This document shows, in pieces, positions 36,771-49,672 of a stretch of 64,000 bases of DNA. Where the stretch lies: NCBI GenBank assembly GCA_013265495.1, contig MU058009.1:3243780-3307779 (forward strand), given 5' to 3'. A program made the translations under genes and the position numbers. A model generated the notes under the pieces. The model ran no database searches. It saw nothing but the letters and a program-made list of their open reading frames with translations, and was not told the DNA's origin. Position 1 is the first letter of the stretch. The number at the start of each line of letters is the position of its first letter. The stretch is from Vicugna vicugna (Eukaryota).

Positions 36771-38664
36771 ATATTTAAATAGAAAAGAAAAAACCAAAAA
36801 TGTATTTTTGTTATTAAAAAGAATTTTCTATGTTAAAATTTAACAATACTTAACAAAGTGCAGTGAGAACAGTGAGCTGTTTTAATGACTAGAAATCAGC
36901 AGTTACGCATGGTATTTGCATTTTTGCCCCAATGACCTAATTTCTCCTCCATCAACCAGTCTCTGAAACACAAAGATGAGTAGTTCAAATGGTCTGTATA
37001 TTTTTAAACGAGTCACCTTGCAATTTCCAGGTGGTGGGGATGCCTTGGGTGGACGTCGGTACAGAATCTAGCTAGTCATTTCACAGGTTAATGCATTTGT
37101 TTATCTTGTCTGCATTAAAAGCTGACATGTTGTATATTTGCAGGTATGTGCTATTGTATTAAATACAAGCAGCTCTCTGCCTGTCTGTCTGTCTGTCTTC
37201 CAGTCTCTCACTGGGGTCACATATGTAGAGTACCCCTCAAACCTGGCAGGACACAGTCTGGAGACGCTTGGATGGTTTGTTCCGTTGCTCACTCTCTGCG
37301 CAACTGACTGTAAGACGGCGTTTGGGACCCTAACCCGCCTCCTGGAGCAGATCGTCCTTCTCCTTCTGAGGCTTAGCCTGCAAAGAAGGCCACCAAACCT
37401 TCCCCCTCTTCTGGGCGGAAGTTGCTGCTTCCTTTTGTGTGCTGAAGGACGTCACAGACCGTGCTTCTTTCCTGAGCTGCCTGGCGGTCCCTCCTGAGGG
37501 CGGGTGGTGGGCGAGGTGGCTGCGGATTGTGGATTTGCTCTGCGGTGCAGAGGTGGAGAGCATAGCCCTTTGCTGTTTCAAGTCCACCTCTGTGCCTGCG
37601 ATACAGACAAACGCTGAAGAGAATGTCTCTGTGTCCTTCACGAAATCCAAAGTGTTGAGCGAAATGGCTGCTTTCTGTTTGCAAAGTCAGGCTTTTCCCT
37701 TCTCACCTCACTTAAAACAGATTTGACAAGAATTTGACACACATGTCCCCACCCTCCTCGCTGAAACAGCCTTGGCTTCGGCAACACCGCAGCCTCCCGG
37801 GGTTCCTTTTACCCCTCTGGCTCTCAGCATTCTTTGCTGATTCCTCTGCAGTTTTTCCCTGACCTTTAAATATTAGAATTCCTTTAAGCTCCATCATAAT
37901 CCTCTTCTTGTCTCACTCTGCAGACTTTCTCCCTAGGTGATTTCATTCATTTCCATGGTTTTGAATATATATGTCTGTGTCAGCATTGCCAGATTGTGTA
38001 TCCAAGCCCACTATCTTGTTTGAGCATCCAAGGAAACTGACACTGTCAAAGCACTGTGAGCTCACAGAAATCAACAGTCATTTGAGTTACGTGAGAACTG
38101 GAAACAAAGATGCACAATACGACACTTATTCTAGAGAAATAATGAAGTGGAACAATTTAAAATAAGTATCAGAAGTATTTTCAAAGAAATAAAGATATTG
38201 GAAATATGAAGCAGAAGGAGGCAAAGCTGCGGGAGAGGCTGAAGAATCTTTCTTAAGATGAAAGAGGCTTAGGTGAGCCCCCAAGGAAACAGCGCAGCCT
38301 CATGCAATTAGACCACCTTGACCACGGAGACCACAGGCAGCAGGGGAGGCAGCCCACGGCTGGAGAAGCCCCTGCCCACGTGGCGTCAGCATCCACCCCC
38401 CCCCCGCTGCTGCCTCCTCTCCTGAGCAGCACAGGTGAGAACAGGGCTTCCTGAGGCTTGCACCTGACGGGAAGGGGAGGGCAGGAGAACCAGCACTGAG
38501 GAGGGGGAAAGGGAAAGACAGACAGACAGAGAGAGAGGGCAAGAGTGCGTGTTCCGCCTGGACACTGACGAGAAGATACGCGTGTGACTGTACAGATAAC
38601 ATCTGAATTTGACAGAGTATTTTCCTGAATGAGGCTGAGATTTTAGTAAGTGGATGAGGGCAAG

Positions 38665-39460
38665 ATGACAGAAAATGCACATGTCGGTCTCTGCCCTTGG
38701 TTCCTGGCATAGAGCTCCTGAGATCCTTGTAACTTCTTAAGTTTAGTACTTAGTGTTAAGCACTGGAAGCATCTTCTGTTCCAATGAGGTGACTCCAGGT
38801 GGGCTTCTGGGTGTGGCTGGTCAGCAGAAGGACCAAACCATGATTAGAAGCTTGGAATTTTTGGCACAACCCTTCATCCTCCAGAGAGGGGAGGGGGTGG
38901 GAAATGGAGAGATGAAGCCTCCAAAATCCCCAACGTGCAGGGTCGAGGGGCTTCCAGGCGGGTGTGATGCCCCTCAGCTCCACAGAGACAGACCTCCTGC
39001 GTCGGGACCCTCCCAGACCGCACCCTGTGTATCTCCTCACCTGGCTCTTCACCTGTATCCTTTATCATGGCCTTTAACAACCTGTAAATGTGTTTCCCTG
39101 AGTTCTGCGAGCCTCTCTAGCAAACTTACCAAACCCAAGGAGGGGACTGTTGGAACCTCTGATCTATAGCACGCTGGTCACGGCACAGGTGACAACTTGT
39201 GTGTGTGTGTGTAGGGGGGGCGGCATTCTTATGGGGCTGAGCCCTTAACCTGTGGGACCTAATGCTAGCTCCAGGTGGACAGTACCAGAATTGAGTTAAA
39301 GTGTAGGACACCCAGCTGTCCCAGAGAATTGCTTGTGGTGGGGAAAACTCTACCCATCTGGTGACCAGTGGTGTCAGGAGTGAAGAATTTTGTATGAATA
39401 GCAAAGGAGACACACAGGAGAGAAACGCAGCAGAGAAGAACTGGGGTTTTCTTTACAACA
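38665..39460 (+). mobile_element. MER21-like LTR
   Basis: ggttcctggcatagagctcct; gaccaaaccatgattagaagcttggaa; tgtttccctgagttctgcgagcc; gggctgagcccttaacctgtggga; cagaattgagttaaa. Confidence 0.82.
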
Positions 39461-39844
39461 GATGGGAAAGACTGAGTTTTTCCATTTTAACGAGACTATG
39501 GAAATAATTAGACTGGACTAAAATTTAAATAGAAATAGAATGGAAAGAAAATGAGATGAGTGCCGTAGGCGGATTGGGTGTTCGAGGCCATTAACAGTGC
39601 AAGCAATTTTGAGAATAAAACATTCTTCATGCTCTTCCTAGCTGGACTGAGAACTCTGGACTGACTAGCCAATCGTTTATTGACACCAGGTGTGTACAAA
39701 TGACTGTCAAGGCATTACGGACAGATCGGTGCACAGTCTTGATAAAGGTCCCTTCCTTCAGGGAGCTTACTGTCTGCGGAAATCAAACCAGTAGACACGT
39801 GACCTGCTGCGGCATGTCTAGCCGCACAGCCGGACCTCAGCCTC

Positions 39845-40025
39845 CAGAGCAGCCCTGCTCAGTGGAGCGCTCTGCAGCGACGGGACAGTTCTGTATCTGA
39901 GCTGCCCAGTAGCCACATGGGGCTGGTACGCCTGGGGAGCTCAAATGAGAGTCTCACTTAATTTGAACTTATTTCAGTTTAAATAGCTGCCTGTGTCTAA
40001 GCGGCTACCTCATGGACAGAGCAAC
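39845..40025. mobile_element. MER3-like hAT-Charlie MITE
   Basis: gttctgtatctgagctgcccagtagccacatggggct...atttcagtttaaatagc...gcggctacc...tggacagagca. Confidence 0.7.
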
Positions 40026-42694
40026 TCTGGGGTTTTAGTGAACCTGGACAGTCAGCTTCTCCGCAAAGCCCTCTTCCTACCTGGGACTGAGAACCCAGCC
40101 TCTATGACTGTTCCACGCACACCTGAAAAGCAAGTCGTATCGTCTCAGAATAAAGAGTTAAAAACGTCAGTAATACCCTATTGTTTGTGTCGCTTAGGAC
40201 ATCGACACCATTACTGAGTGTGCTCGGTCACTGGGTCTGTAGGGGCGGGGAGGGGTGAGCTAAGTCTTCCTTCACTCCCTGCCCTGTCAGTGTCTCCACT
40301 TCCCAGAATTCAGTACCCTGTTTTTAGTTGAATTCCGCCTTTCCTATAATTGCTTTTTATTTGGAAATGAAGTTTCAGGAAAATGTCTCAGTTGCCATTC
40401 TGCACTTAATCTGAGACATTATGAGGAAAGAGATACTCTCCTTTGCCTCACCACAACCCGCCGTGTGGTTTTGGAACTTCAAGGGCTTTCTGGCTTTGCA
40501 GGAACTTGAGGTCATGTCCACAGCAGTTCCTTGAAGACAAAAGCGCAGCGGCTGTTTTGACTTGATGAACGTGTTTGATTCTGTCATGAACACGTTGGGG
40601 AGGGCCACGTAGCACTGGAAATAAGTGTCTGATAGAGTTGTTCAGGAGCTTGGTGGCGTCAGGGCAGCGTCTCTGTGACTCTCTTGACCTTCGCTTCATG
40701 TTTGTCTGATGGCTGCTGGAGGCCCAGACATCACGTCCACATTCCAGGGAGGAAGGTGCGGGAGACGGGGAAGGACTCTATCAGGGACATTGTTCCTGTT
40801 CCTAAGAAAACACAGTCTGTCCCAGGAACATGCTGCGTATGTGTCATTAGCTGCACAGACTCTGAGCTTTCAGGGAGGATGAAGAGGCAAGCATTTGGCC
40901 TGACACAGAGACCCCCCCCTCCTTGAAATCAAAGTTCAGTCGACAAAGAAGAAGGGGGAAGTGGACACTGAACAAGTGAGTAACAGTATCTAACACAGTA
41001 GGGAGTCCACTTGTTTTTCTTTACGTTGTGAACCAGTTTCCCAGAAAAGAAAGAGCCATTACTGATTTTACAGAACAATCTTTACATCACAGGTCCCCCA
41101 GTCCGTGGGACTGGAATGAAACAAAGACTAGCCGTAGGCCCATGCCAGCCTCAGCATCCCTTTTTCATTTCAGTGAATAGTGCTGATGCCTTGAGCTCAT
41201 CTCAGCAGCTGGACGCTTCCTATCCTAATAGGAGCATTGTCGCAGGAGCCACCTCTGCTGCGTTTGCAAATACGTCTCTGTCCGATCCTAATGTCACTTT
41301 GACATACACGCTTCAGCATGGCTGAACCCCTGCGGAAATTATTCAGATGGAGAATAGGGCAGAGGGCATGGCACCACACGAATATGGGAAAGCACTGACA
41401 TGGTAAAGCAATAAAAAAAATCGTTGTAAGTATAAGTCGTGGGGAGATTGGCTGGAGATGTAGGAAGGGGCCACGCCATGCATAGGCTTGGAGGTCAACG
41501 GGAGACGCTGACGCTGAAGATTTTATTCTAAATGCCGTACGTAGCTGTTGAGGGGCTTAGTTCAAACAGAGAGCGTGCTTGCTTGAGGAATTTCGGTACT
41601 GCAGTCATCCATGGGAAAGACAATTTAAATGTGTTCGAATATCCTTTGCAAAGCTGAAGAAGCGATTTGTCAGTTTCAGTGTGTTCAGTGTGTTGCTTTG
41701 GTGGCACCCCTGTACCTCACACACCCAAGGAGGACGTGCACCCGTGTGCACCTGAGGGGCTTCCCGTGGACTCCTCTCTCCCAGCTGCGCAAGCTGCAGA
41801 GTCCTCCGGCACGGGCTCTAGTTTCTCTTCCTGTACTCTGATGCCCCTGCCTGAATGACTGGACCTATATGTCTGTTAAAGAAACTACTGGACATTCTGA
41901 CTCCTGGCATTGATTGCTTTGGATTAAGAAAATGTTTGGCCCCTGTGCGGGGAACAGGGGCAAGAAAGGATGGGAGGGAGGTTCAGGAGTCACTTCAGTA
42001 CAGCTGAGAGAGCATGGATGCCTGTGTTAGATTGGTGCTAAGGGGCACAAAGAGCTGTGGGTGACCTGAGGTATATTCCGGAGGTAAAAGAGAGTTAAGG
42101 ATGGATTCCGTCCTGGAAGGCATTCAGAGGGAGTGGTCAAGGGTAACGTCCGCAGTTGGTAAGACAGTGCTGGCAGGGTGCCGGTTGCATGTTAGTGATG
42201 CTTACTGCCTGAATGAGAAAGACGGGGTGTGACAGCCACGGCGCGTACAATGCTTTAAGGTTTAAAAACACTTAGCCTGCATTTTAGGATGTGGCGGGAC
42301 AGGGTTTATTATTTGACCTTTCTCAGTTGTGGAAACTGAGGCTCACCCTCTCCTAGTTCTGCTTTTGTCAGTCTGGAGACTGGCCAGAGACAAAAGGCGT
42401 GATGTGGAAAACAGAGGACAGAGACAAAGAGGTCCTGTGACTCCCAGGGAGGAGGAAGTGAGAAGGAGGCCGGAAGGTCCCGTGGGGGCGGGGAAGGGAG
42501 CGCAGAGGGGACGCGGTGGGCTTGTGGCAGGCGGTTGTGCGCGAGGCTTGCAGCTCCTCTGGAGGTGCGTTAAGAAGTGCGAGGAAAAGATTGGTTTTTG
42601 GGGAGGGTGTGTAGTAGTGACCGTTACTGACTGTGGGGGAGTCAGGCTTCTGTGTGATTCCAGTAGAGACTGAGTTCATGACGATCCTGCCTTT

Positions 42695-42856
42695 GAGCGG
42701 GGAGGCTCAGCGGTAGAGCGCGTGCTTGGCACGCGTGAGGTCCCGGGTTCAGTCCTCAGTACCTCCTCTAAAAAGTAAAAAAATAAACAAATAAACCTCA
42801 TTAGCTCCCCCATTATAAAAAACACACACAATTTTTTTTTAAAGCTTGAAAAAAAA
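42695..42856 (+). mobile_element. tRNA-derived SINE (Vic-1-like), CpG-rich copy
   Basis: gctcagcggtagagcgcgtgcttggcacgcgtgaggtcccgggttcagtcctcagtacctcc plus A-tail. TSD-like flanks gatcctgccttt / gattctgacttt. Confidence 0.9.
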
Positions 42857-43544
42857 GATTCTGACTTTAATGTTGTTCGGCTGATTGTGTTACCTGGAGC
42901 TCACGTGGGCAGTGGAACTTGAACCAAGACTGATTTGGAAATCAGAGCATGATTTGGGGGCAGTGAGGAAAGCAGTTTTATGTTAAAATTTGTGAACGAC
43001 AAGGTTGGACGGGTCCTGTGGATACAGGTTATAGACGACCTGGGAAAAAAAGTGAATTGAAATCCTTACTCGCCAGATTTGCTGTGAACTCTCACTGAAG
43101 AAAAAAATTTCAGAAAATAAGAAAAATTATTAAGGTGATAAAAAATATTCATAGGACCTTCATGTGGAAAAAAACTTTTAATGTTTTAGGCTGTTTCTTC
43201 TAGCCTTGTGTATGTGTGCATGTATATGTGTCTGTAAAATCTTCATAATATGATTAATAATTGAAATTATACTATACATATCATTTCGCCGCCTGTTTTA
43301 AAGTGTTCCGTGAGCGCTTTCAGATTAAATAATCTTCACAGAATAATTTTTGATGGTGTCAAAGTTGTTCATCATATGGGTGTACCTTGAGTTACTTAAC
43401 ATTCTCCCATTCCCCTAATGAATCTTATCATTTGCTATTTTCTTTTTTTTTTTTTGGCTTTATAAATGGCACTAAATTGGTACCTGATACATTTTCTGGC
43501 ATTAGAATCTTCCCAAACTCACTGGTTGGAGGCGATGTACGCTG

Positions 43545-43649
43545 GTGCCTGCTTCGGTAGCATGTGCACTAAAGTGGTAACAGCACAGAGGTTAGCACGG
43601 CCCCCCGTGCAAGGACGACATGTAGGCTTGTGAAATGCTCTGTAGTTTT
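43545..43649 (+). pseudogene. U6 snRNA retropseudogene (full-length, diverged)
   Basis: gtgcctgcttcggtagcatgtgcactaaagtgg..acagaggttagcacggcccc..gcaaggacgaca..gtgaa..tttt is collinear with U6 (GTGCTCGCTTCGGCAGCAC...ACAGAGAAGATTAGCATGGCCCC...AAGGATGACAC...TTTT). Confidence 0.9.
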
Positions 43650-43759
43650 GGATGCTAAGTAGGTGGTGATCATTTCGCAGTGTATACAAACGTCGAATCA
43701 TCACGTTGTATACCTGAAACTAATATGATGTTGTATGTCAATTATGCCACAATTAAAAA
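43650..43759 (+). mobile_element. L1 extreme 3' end fused to the U6 copy
   Basis: ggtgatcatttcgcagtgtatacaaacgtcgaatcatcacgttgtatacctgaaactaatatgatgttgtatgtcaattat...aattaaaaa matches an L1MA-type 3' terminus. Confidence 0.88.
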
Positions 43760-45237
43760 CAGAAAGTGATAGATGCTTTTATAGCTCTTGGTAGGTGTTG
43801 CCTTATGGCCTTCCAGGTCTGAACCCCTTTAGACACCTTTTAGCAAATGATTGGGTTTCCTATTTCACTGCCTCCTCCCCAACACTGGGAATTAACTTAA
43901 AACAGGAAAAATAATATCTCCTGGTTTTAATTTGCATATTTTTGGCTACCAGAGAGTTTATAGCCTATTCTTCTTTTAAACATTGAATTCGTATGTTCAG
44001 TTCATCTCTCTGTTTTGTCTCCATCGCTTAAGACAGCTTGGACCCAACACAAAGAGATAACTAAATACGTATTTTTATAGTTGACTGAGAATCCATATGG
44101 GCTTCCGCCCAGGAGCCAATAATGTATAGTTTTTGTGGCTCCTCGTCTACCAGACTTCCCGAATTTAATGATCTCCCCTGTCAATGTAGTGTTCAGAGAA
44201 AATGTGATTTTTTTCCCTACCCCTTGTAGTCCTAACAGACATTGTCTCAGTTGCAACTTTTCATTTTCACTGTTCTCCGTGCATCATTAGTAGGAACTCT
44301 CAGGTTATGGGAGAGCAATGTTGGGATGCAAATTTATTGAACTCTAATTGTCTGCTTAAATGAAAATACCAGCCGGGCAACTACGGATGTAAGTCTTAAA
44401 AATAATAATTTGCATAATTAGGTGACAGGAAGGCTTGAGCTGTTGTGTAAGTTCGTCGTAACGTTACATCGTCAGGCGTGAATTTATGGCCTGTTCTTCC
44501 CAGAATGATTGAGCTGTTTGGTAGCTTTATTTATGACTCGTGCTTAGATCCATTTTCCAGTGCTGATAATGTTGAGATAATGGGAATTGATCGTTAGCTC
44601 TGACAGGGGGCCATAAAACAAACCACTGGATGTTTTCCCTATTGCTACAGGCTCAATTTGTATCATAAAGTACTTAATAATTGTTATTAATGAACCCGCT
44701 GTGGTTGGTGTACAGACACAGCTGGAAATCACATCTGTCATCAGACAGCCTGGGTTGACTTAGAGCAGAGACACTGCGGGGAACTGACAGCTACAGAAGG
44801 AAATGACATCACAGAGCCAGGAAGTGCCCGTGGATGCTCGCTGCACGGAGACCCGAGAGATTTACCCTGGATTCTAGGAGGAATGACAGAGGGTAGCTCT
44901 TTTTAAGAACTGTCTTTTATACGGATCCCAAATGCCTCCAGTTGTGAGCCTGAGTTCCAGGGTCAGTCCATATATTGCATATAAGTAAAACATGTATCTT
45001 TTTTTTAGATCAAAACAAATAAAAATAGACCGAGTTCAGCCTACCAGCTTACCTTCCCAGGCTTGTCTTCTGCTGTTCCTCTTGAAACACCCTGGTGTTC
45101 CGTCCAAATCGGGCTGCTTGCCTTTCTTTGACAGATTGACGCCTTTCTGCCTGTGTGTTCTTCCTTATGTTGTTTCCTGCGTTCGAGCCCATTTCCCTCA
45201 AACTATTTCAAAAGAGAAAGAACATTTTTTCATTTGA

Positions 45238-45393
45238 CTTTTCTCCCTCCCTCCCTCTCTTTTCCTTCCTTCCTTCCTTTCTTTTTCCTTTCCTTCTTCC
45301 TTCCTTCCTTTCTTTTCTTTCTCCCCTCCCTTCCTCCCTCCCTTCCTTCTTTCCTTCCTTCCTTCCTTTCTCTCTTTCTTTCTTTTTTCCTTT
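45238..45393. repeat. (CCTT)n/(CTTT)n polypyrimidine tract
   Basis: About 155 bp of purely C/T on the plus strand. Confidence 0.95.
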
Positions 45394-47698
45394 TGGTCCC
45401 ACTGTCAACATTGTTTCTTTCATTCACCGCTGGCAAACACTTGAATATATTTCGTATGTATCACTTGACTATATGTAGTCTTACCAAAGAGGCTTTGGTT
45501 TGTGCGCCTGGTTTTTTTTTTAATTTATGGAAATCGTGGTAAATTATAGATCTCATTCTACTTCTTTTACTGAGCACTGAAGTGCCAGCCACAGTGCCCT
45601 GCGAACATCTAATCCGTTCTTTCTAAAGTTTCTTTAAACTCCATGTGTATCCACCGGAACTGACCTGTCCACTCTGCCAGTCAGTGATGGACACTCAGAT
45701 GACTCTGAATCCCCGTCACAGTGAGCACCATGACGATGGCATCTTGTGTCTGTCATTTCTGGGCCTGTGGGAGGATGCCTCTGGGCTGCGTACCTGGGAG
45801 TGTAACTGCTCGTCATAAAGTGTGTGTAAACTCGGTTTGACTAACGCCCACAGACAGCTCCGGGCAGTGTTTCTCACCGCTCTTCTCCCCGCGGGCGCTC
45901 ACGTGGGCTCTGCGTCCCTGAGTCCTACCGATAGCTGAGATGGCCTAGTTTTACATTTTAACCACGTTAGCAGAGAGACGGTGATCCCTTGTGACTGTTC
46001 TCCCTTGTGTCTGTGATTACCGTGGAGTGTGAACGTCTCTTGATCAGCTTATTAGCTCCTGTGGTTTGTTCTAGTTTAATTGCTTGTTCATATTTTTGTC
46101 CACTTTTTTCTCTTGGGTTCTCTGTCTCTTGTGGACTTCAAGGAATCTCTTACGTATTTGTACGTTGCCTTTTTTAGACCCTACAAATATTCCTTACAGC
46201 CTGTCATTCCTCTGTTAGCTCTGTCCATACTCTTCTCCATTCAACAAAAATACTTAATTTTGATATAACTACATTTAACACATTTTTGCCCGAGGGTTTC
46301 TGCTTCTCTAGTATTTTGAAAAGAATTTTTCCCACCTCCAAATCACAAGCATGTATTCTGACATTTCCTTCTATTGATTTTCTACTTTGCCTTCATTCAT
46401 CTACCTGGACTTGACTTCTATATATGATATTATTTAGAATGCAGTTATGTTTTCTCCCTAACACATACACGCAACCACCTATCTTTTCACCTTTGACTTG
46501 TGGATTTCCCTATTTATTCTATATTAAATCCTCACCTATACGTGGTCTCTCTCTGAGTTCGCTGTCTTGTTCCATTGGCCTTTCTTACATCAGCACCTAC
46601 TTACTTTGTTACTCTGCGTGGGGACAGGCAGTCTACCATGGGCGCCAAGCATCCCTGAACTTCGTGCTGAGGGTACCAAGCTACAAGGCCTGTGTGTCCC
46701 CAGACTGAGCCGTTTCTGTAGCTGGTCACGTGGGTAACCAAGTAGGTGCCCGGCCTTAGCGTGGCTACCTCTCCTCTGGCGGGGGTGGGGGAAGGGAGAG
46801 GAAGGGACGGTTCTGCTTGCCTCTTTCTGCAGGAGGTGCCGCAGCCACCCGGGTGGGGCCGCTGGGACCGCTGTTGTGCACCGCGTGTATGGCCCGGACC
46901 ACTGAATGTGTAGTTAGTATTGATGTTTCACGTGCTTGTGCTGTGACCCTCATAAAATTCAAGGGGCATTGTCCCAACTGGAAATCGAGTCGCTCTTAGA
47001 GAAGTGATAGTTGATACAGTAGATGACCTGCAAGGCTTCCCTTTCCCCCCGTGCTGTACAACAGAAACAGAACAGAGCTCCCGGGAGTGAAAAGGAAACC
47101 CAGCCTTTGGGTCTGTAAACCCCACGGGCCCTTTTGAGCTACAAATACTGCTGCTGGTGGCTGTGCTGCATGGAACTAATGCTGTGTGTGTCCTGCCGGC
47201 ACTTGAGTGTGTGTTCTGCTGTCCTGGGATGGAATGCTCATCAACATCAGTTAACCAGCTTTCCTGGTAGTGCTGTTCGAGTCTTCTTTATGCTTCCTGA
47301 GAGTCCGCCTGCCGTGTCCATCAGGGACTGCCTGAGGGATGTTGAATTCTCTTATCATAATCATGGACTCATCTATTTCTCATTTCAGCTCTATTTTTGC
47401 TTCATATATTTGGAATCTGTTATTAGATGCAAACACACTTAAAATTGTTATTTTTTATGAATTAATCACGTTATCCTTCCTTTTTATCTCTGGCGATAAT
47501 GCTTTTTATGGAGCCTCCTCGTCTGACACTGTCTTAGCCACTGCAGCTTGCTTACAGTGCCTATTTCCACGCCATAGCCGTTTCTGTCTTCCACTTTCAT
47601 CCATGTCTGTGGATTTAAGGTGGGTGTCTTGGACACCACATTGAGCTGTTTTCCTGAACTCCAATTTGAGAACCTCTGACTTTGAATTGGAGCGTAGA

Positions 47699-47805
47699 CC
47701 AAGAGTCAGCAAATCATTTCTGTCAAGGACCGGGGTGGGGGGTAAATATTTTAGGCTTTTGGATCATATAGTCTCTGTTGGAACTGCTCAACTCTGTTGT
47801 TATTA
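47699..47805. mobile_element. MER58-like hAT MITE fragment
   Basis: gtcagcaaa..tttctgtcaagg...gtaaatattttaggcttt...tagtctctgttggaactgctcaactctg. Confidence 0.75.
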
Positions 47806-48079
47806 ACATGAAATTGGAGTATTTTTAAGATGCCATTTTATCTCCTTTTTTTTTTTTTTTACTAATCAGGTTAAAACCTTTTCTTTGCCTTTGCTACTGA
47901 CTGCCGTATGGTTTATAATGTACGTCTTTACCTTTTCATGATCTACATTAAAATAATACTATAACACTTTATAGATTAAGATTCCTAAATACTTTCACTT
48001 TTCACCCAGTCATTTGTGCTATTTTTTGTCACACATTGGCCTCTATTTCTAAGACCTGTAACGTGTCATCATTACTTCT

Positions 48080-48680
48080 CCCCCCAGCTTTATTGTGATG
48101 TAATGACAAAAAATTGCACTGTATTTAAAGTGTGCAATGTGATTACTTGTATAGAAATACAGTGTGAAAGGATTCATGTTAATTAATACCTCATATTTAC
48201 CTTTTTTTGGGGGGGTGAGAAAGATGTCCATTTTCACCACTTTTATTCGCCGTAACAGTAGAAACCCTAGCCAGACCAATTAGGCAAGAAAAAGAAATAA
48301 AAGTTATCTAAAGAAAGAAGTCAAATTGCTTCTGTTTGCAGATGACATGGTACTGCATATAGAAAATCCAAAAGACTCCACCAAAAGCAAACAAAAAAAA
48401 CTGTTAGAACTAATAAACCAATTCAGTGAATCTGCAGGTTACAAAATCAACGTACAAAAATCAGTTGCCTTTCTATACGCTAAGAACTAACTGTCAGAAA
48501 GAGAAACTAAGAAAACATCAAAAACAATCAAATACTTAGGAATAAATTTAACCAAGAATGTGAAAGATCTGTACACTGAAAACTATAAGACACTGATGAA
48601 AGGAATTAAAGCATAAATAGAAAGCCATTCTGTGCTCATGGATTGGGAGAATTAATATTTTTAAAATGTCATCCTACCCA
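48080..48680. mobile_element. L1 with an inverted junction: minus-strand 3'UTR (48080-48221) joined to a plus-strand RT segment (48222-48680)
   Basis: ccagctttattgtgatgtaatgaca is an antisense L1 3' end. It is followed by gatgtccattttcaccacttttattc (CPFSPLLF) and ctgtttgcagatgacatg (LFADDM, 48332-48349). Confidence 0.8.
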
Positions 48681-49559
48681 GATGTACATTTCCTACATTC
48701 TCATATGCTACGTAACTGACTTATGTGTGTGGCTTGTTTTCTGTCTTCCTTCACTGGGATAGTAATCTTAAAGGATTAAGAAATATTTGCCTGTTTTGTT
48801 TGCTGCTGAATGGCCAGTGCCTAGAAAAGTAGGACGCAATAAATTTTTTTTGAGTGATTGACTGGAATCACATAGAATAATTTCCTCTTCTCGATGATTA
48901 ATATAGAAAAAATCATGAGCTGCACCTTGCAAGTGTGAGTGGGTTATGTTTAAACTTCGTCTGTCATCTGCTTCAGCAGTAAGGTGACTAAGTCCTTTTA
49001 AACCCACACTGAGTTGACTTTTAAACCTACACTATGACACTGATCAAAATCCTCAACTGTATATGATCTCTACTCTGGATTTCTTTGTGTTGTACATGTG
49101 AATTCTAGACCAGAGTGTCTGTGTGTGCTGTTTAAGAATGAACCGATGATGAAAAACACTATGCAGGATCATCATTGGGGCAGGTGGAAGTGCCAGCCTC
49201 TGACTTAAGCTTTTTTAAAACATGTAAAAAAATTTTTAAAAATTCCCATTATATTAATAATGCATGATCATTATAATAAATTCCATTAATTCATAAAATA
49301 TTAAGAAGAAAGTAAAGGTCACACTGAAATATCTGGGTGACTATCCTTATGTGCATTTCTGTTTTCAATTTAATGCTGCACATTAAATAAATGGGGTTGT
49401 ATTAGTGCATTTATTGTAGATACATTTTTAAATGCTCTTTCCTCCTCTACATTCTGTCTTCGCCCATCCTGCCAACACTCCCTGAGAATAACAACCCGGG
49501 ATATACTTTGCATACATAGCCTCGTCCATATTTATAGTCACTTACAAATATAATAATGT

Positions 49560-49631
49560 GCCCAGTTTTGGTTTCCTTTGTATTTACCCTTCATGGACTT
49601 CTTTGGTCATCTTCAATTTGTCAGTTAATAT

Positions 49632-49672
<41 letters not shown>

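Noticed and set aside
43545..43649. Functional U6 snRNA gene
   Set aside because: Many substitutions, a damaged ACAGAGA box region, no evident upstream TATA/PSE, and fusion to L1.
45153..45542. F/L/P/S-rich and K/E/R/G-rich ORFs
   Set aside because: These are translations of the (CCTT)n simple repeat.
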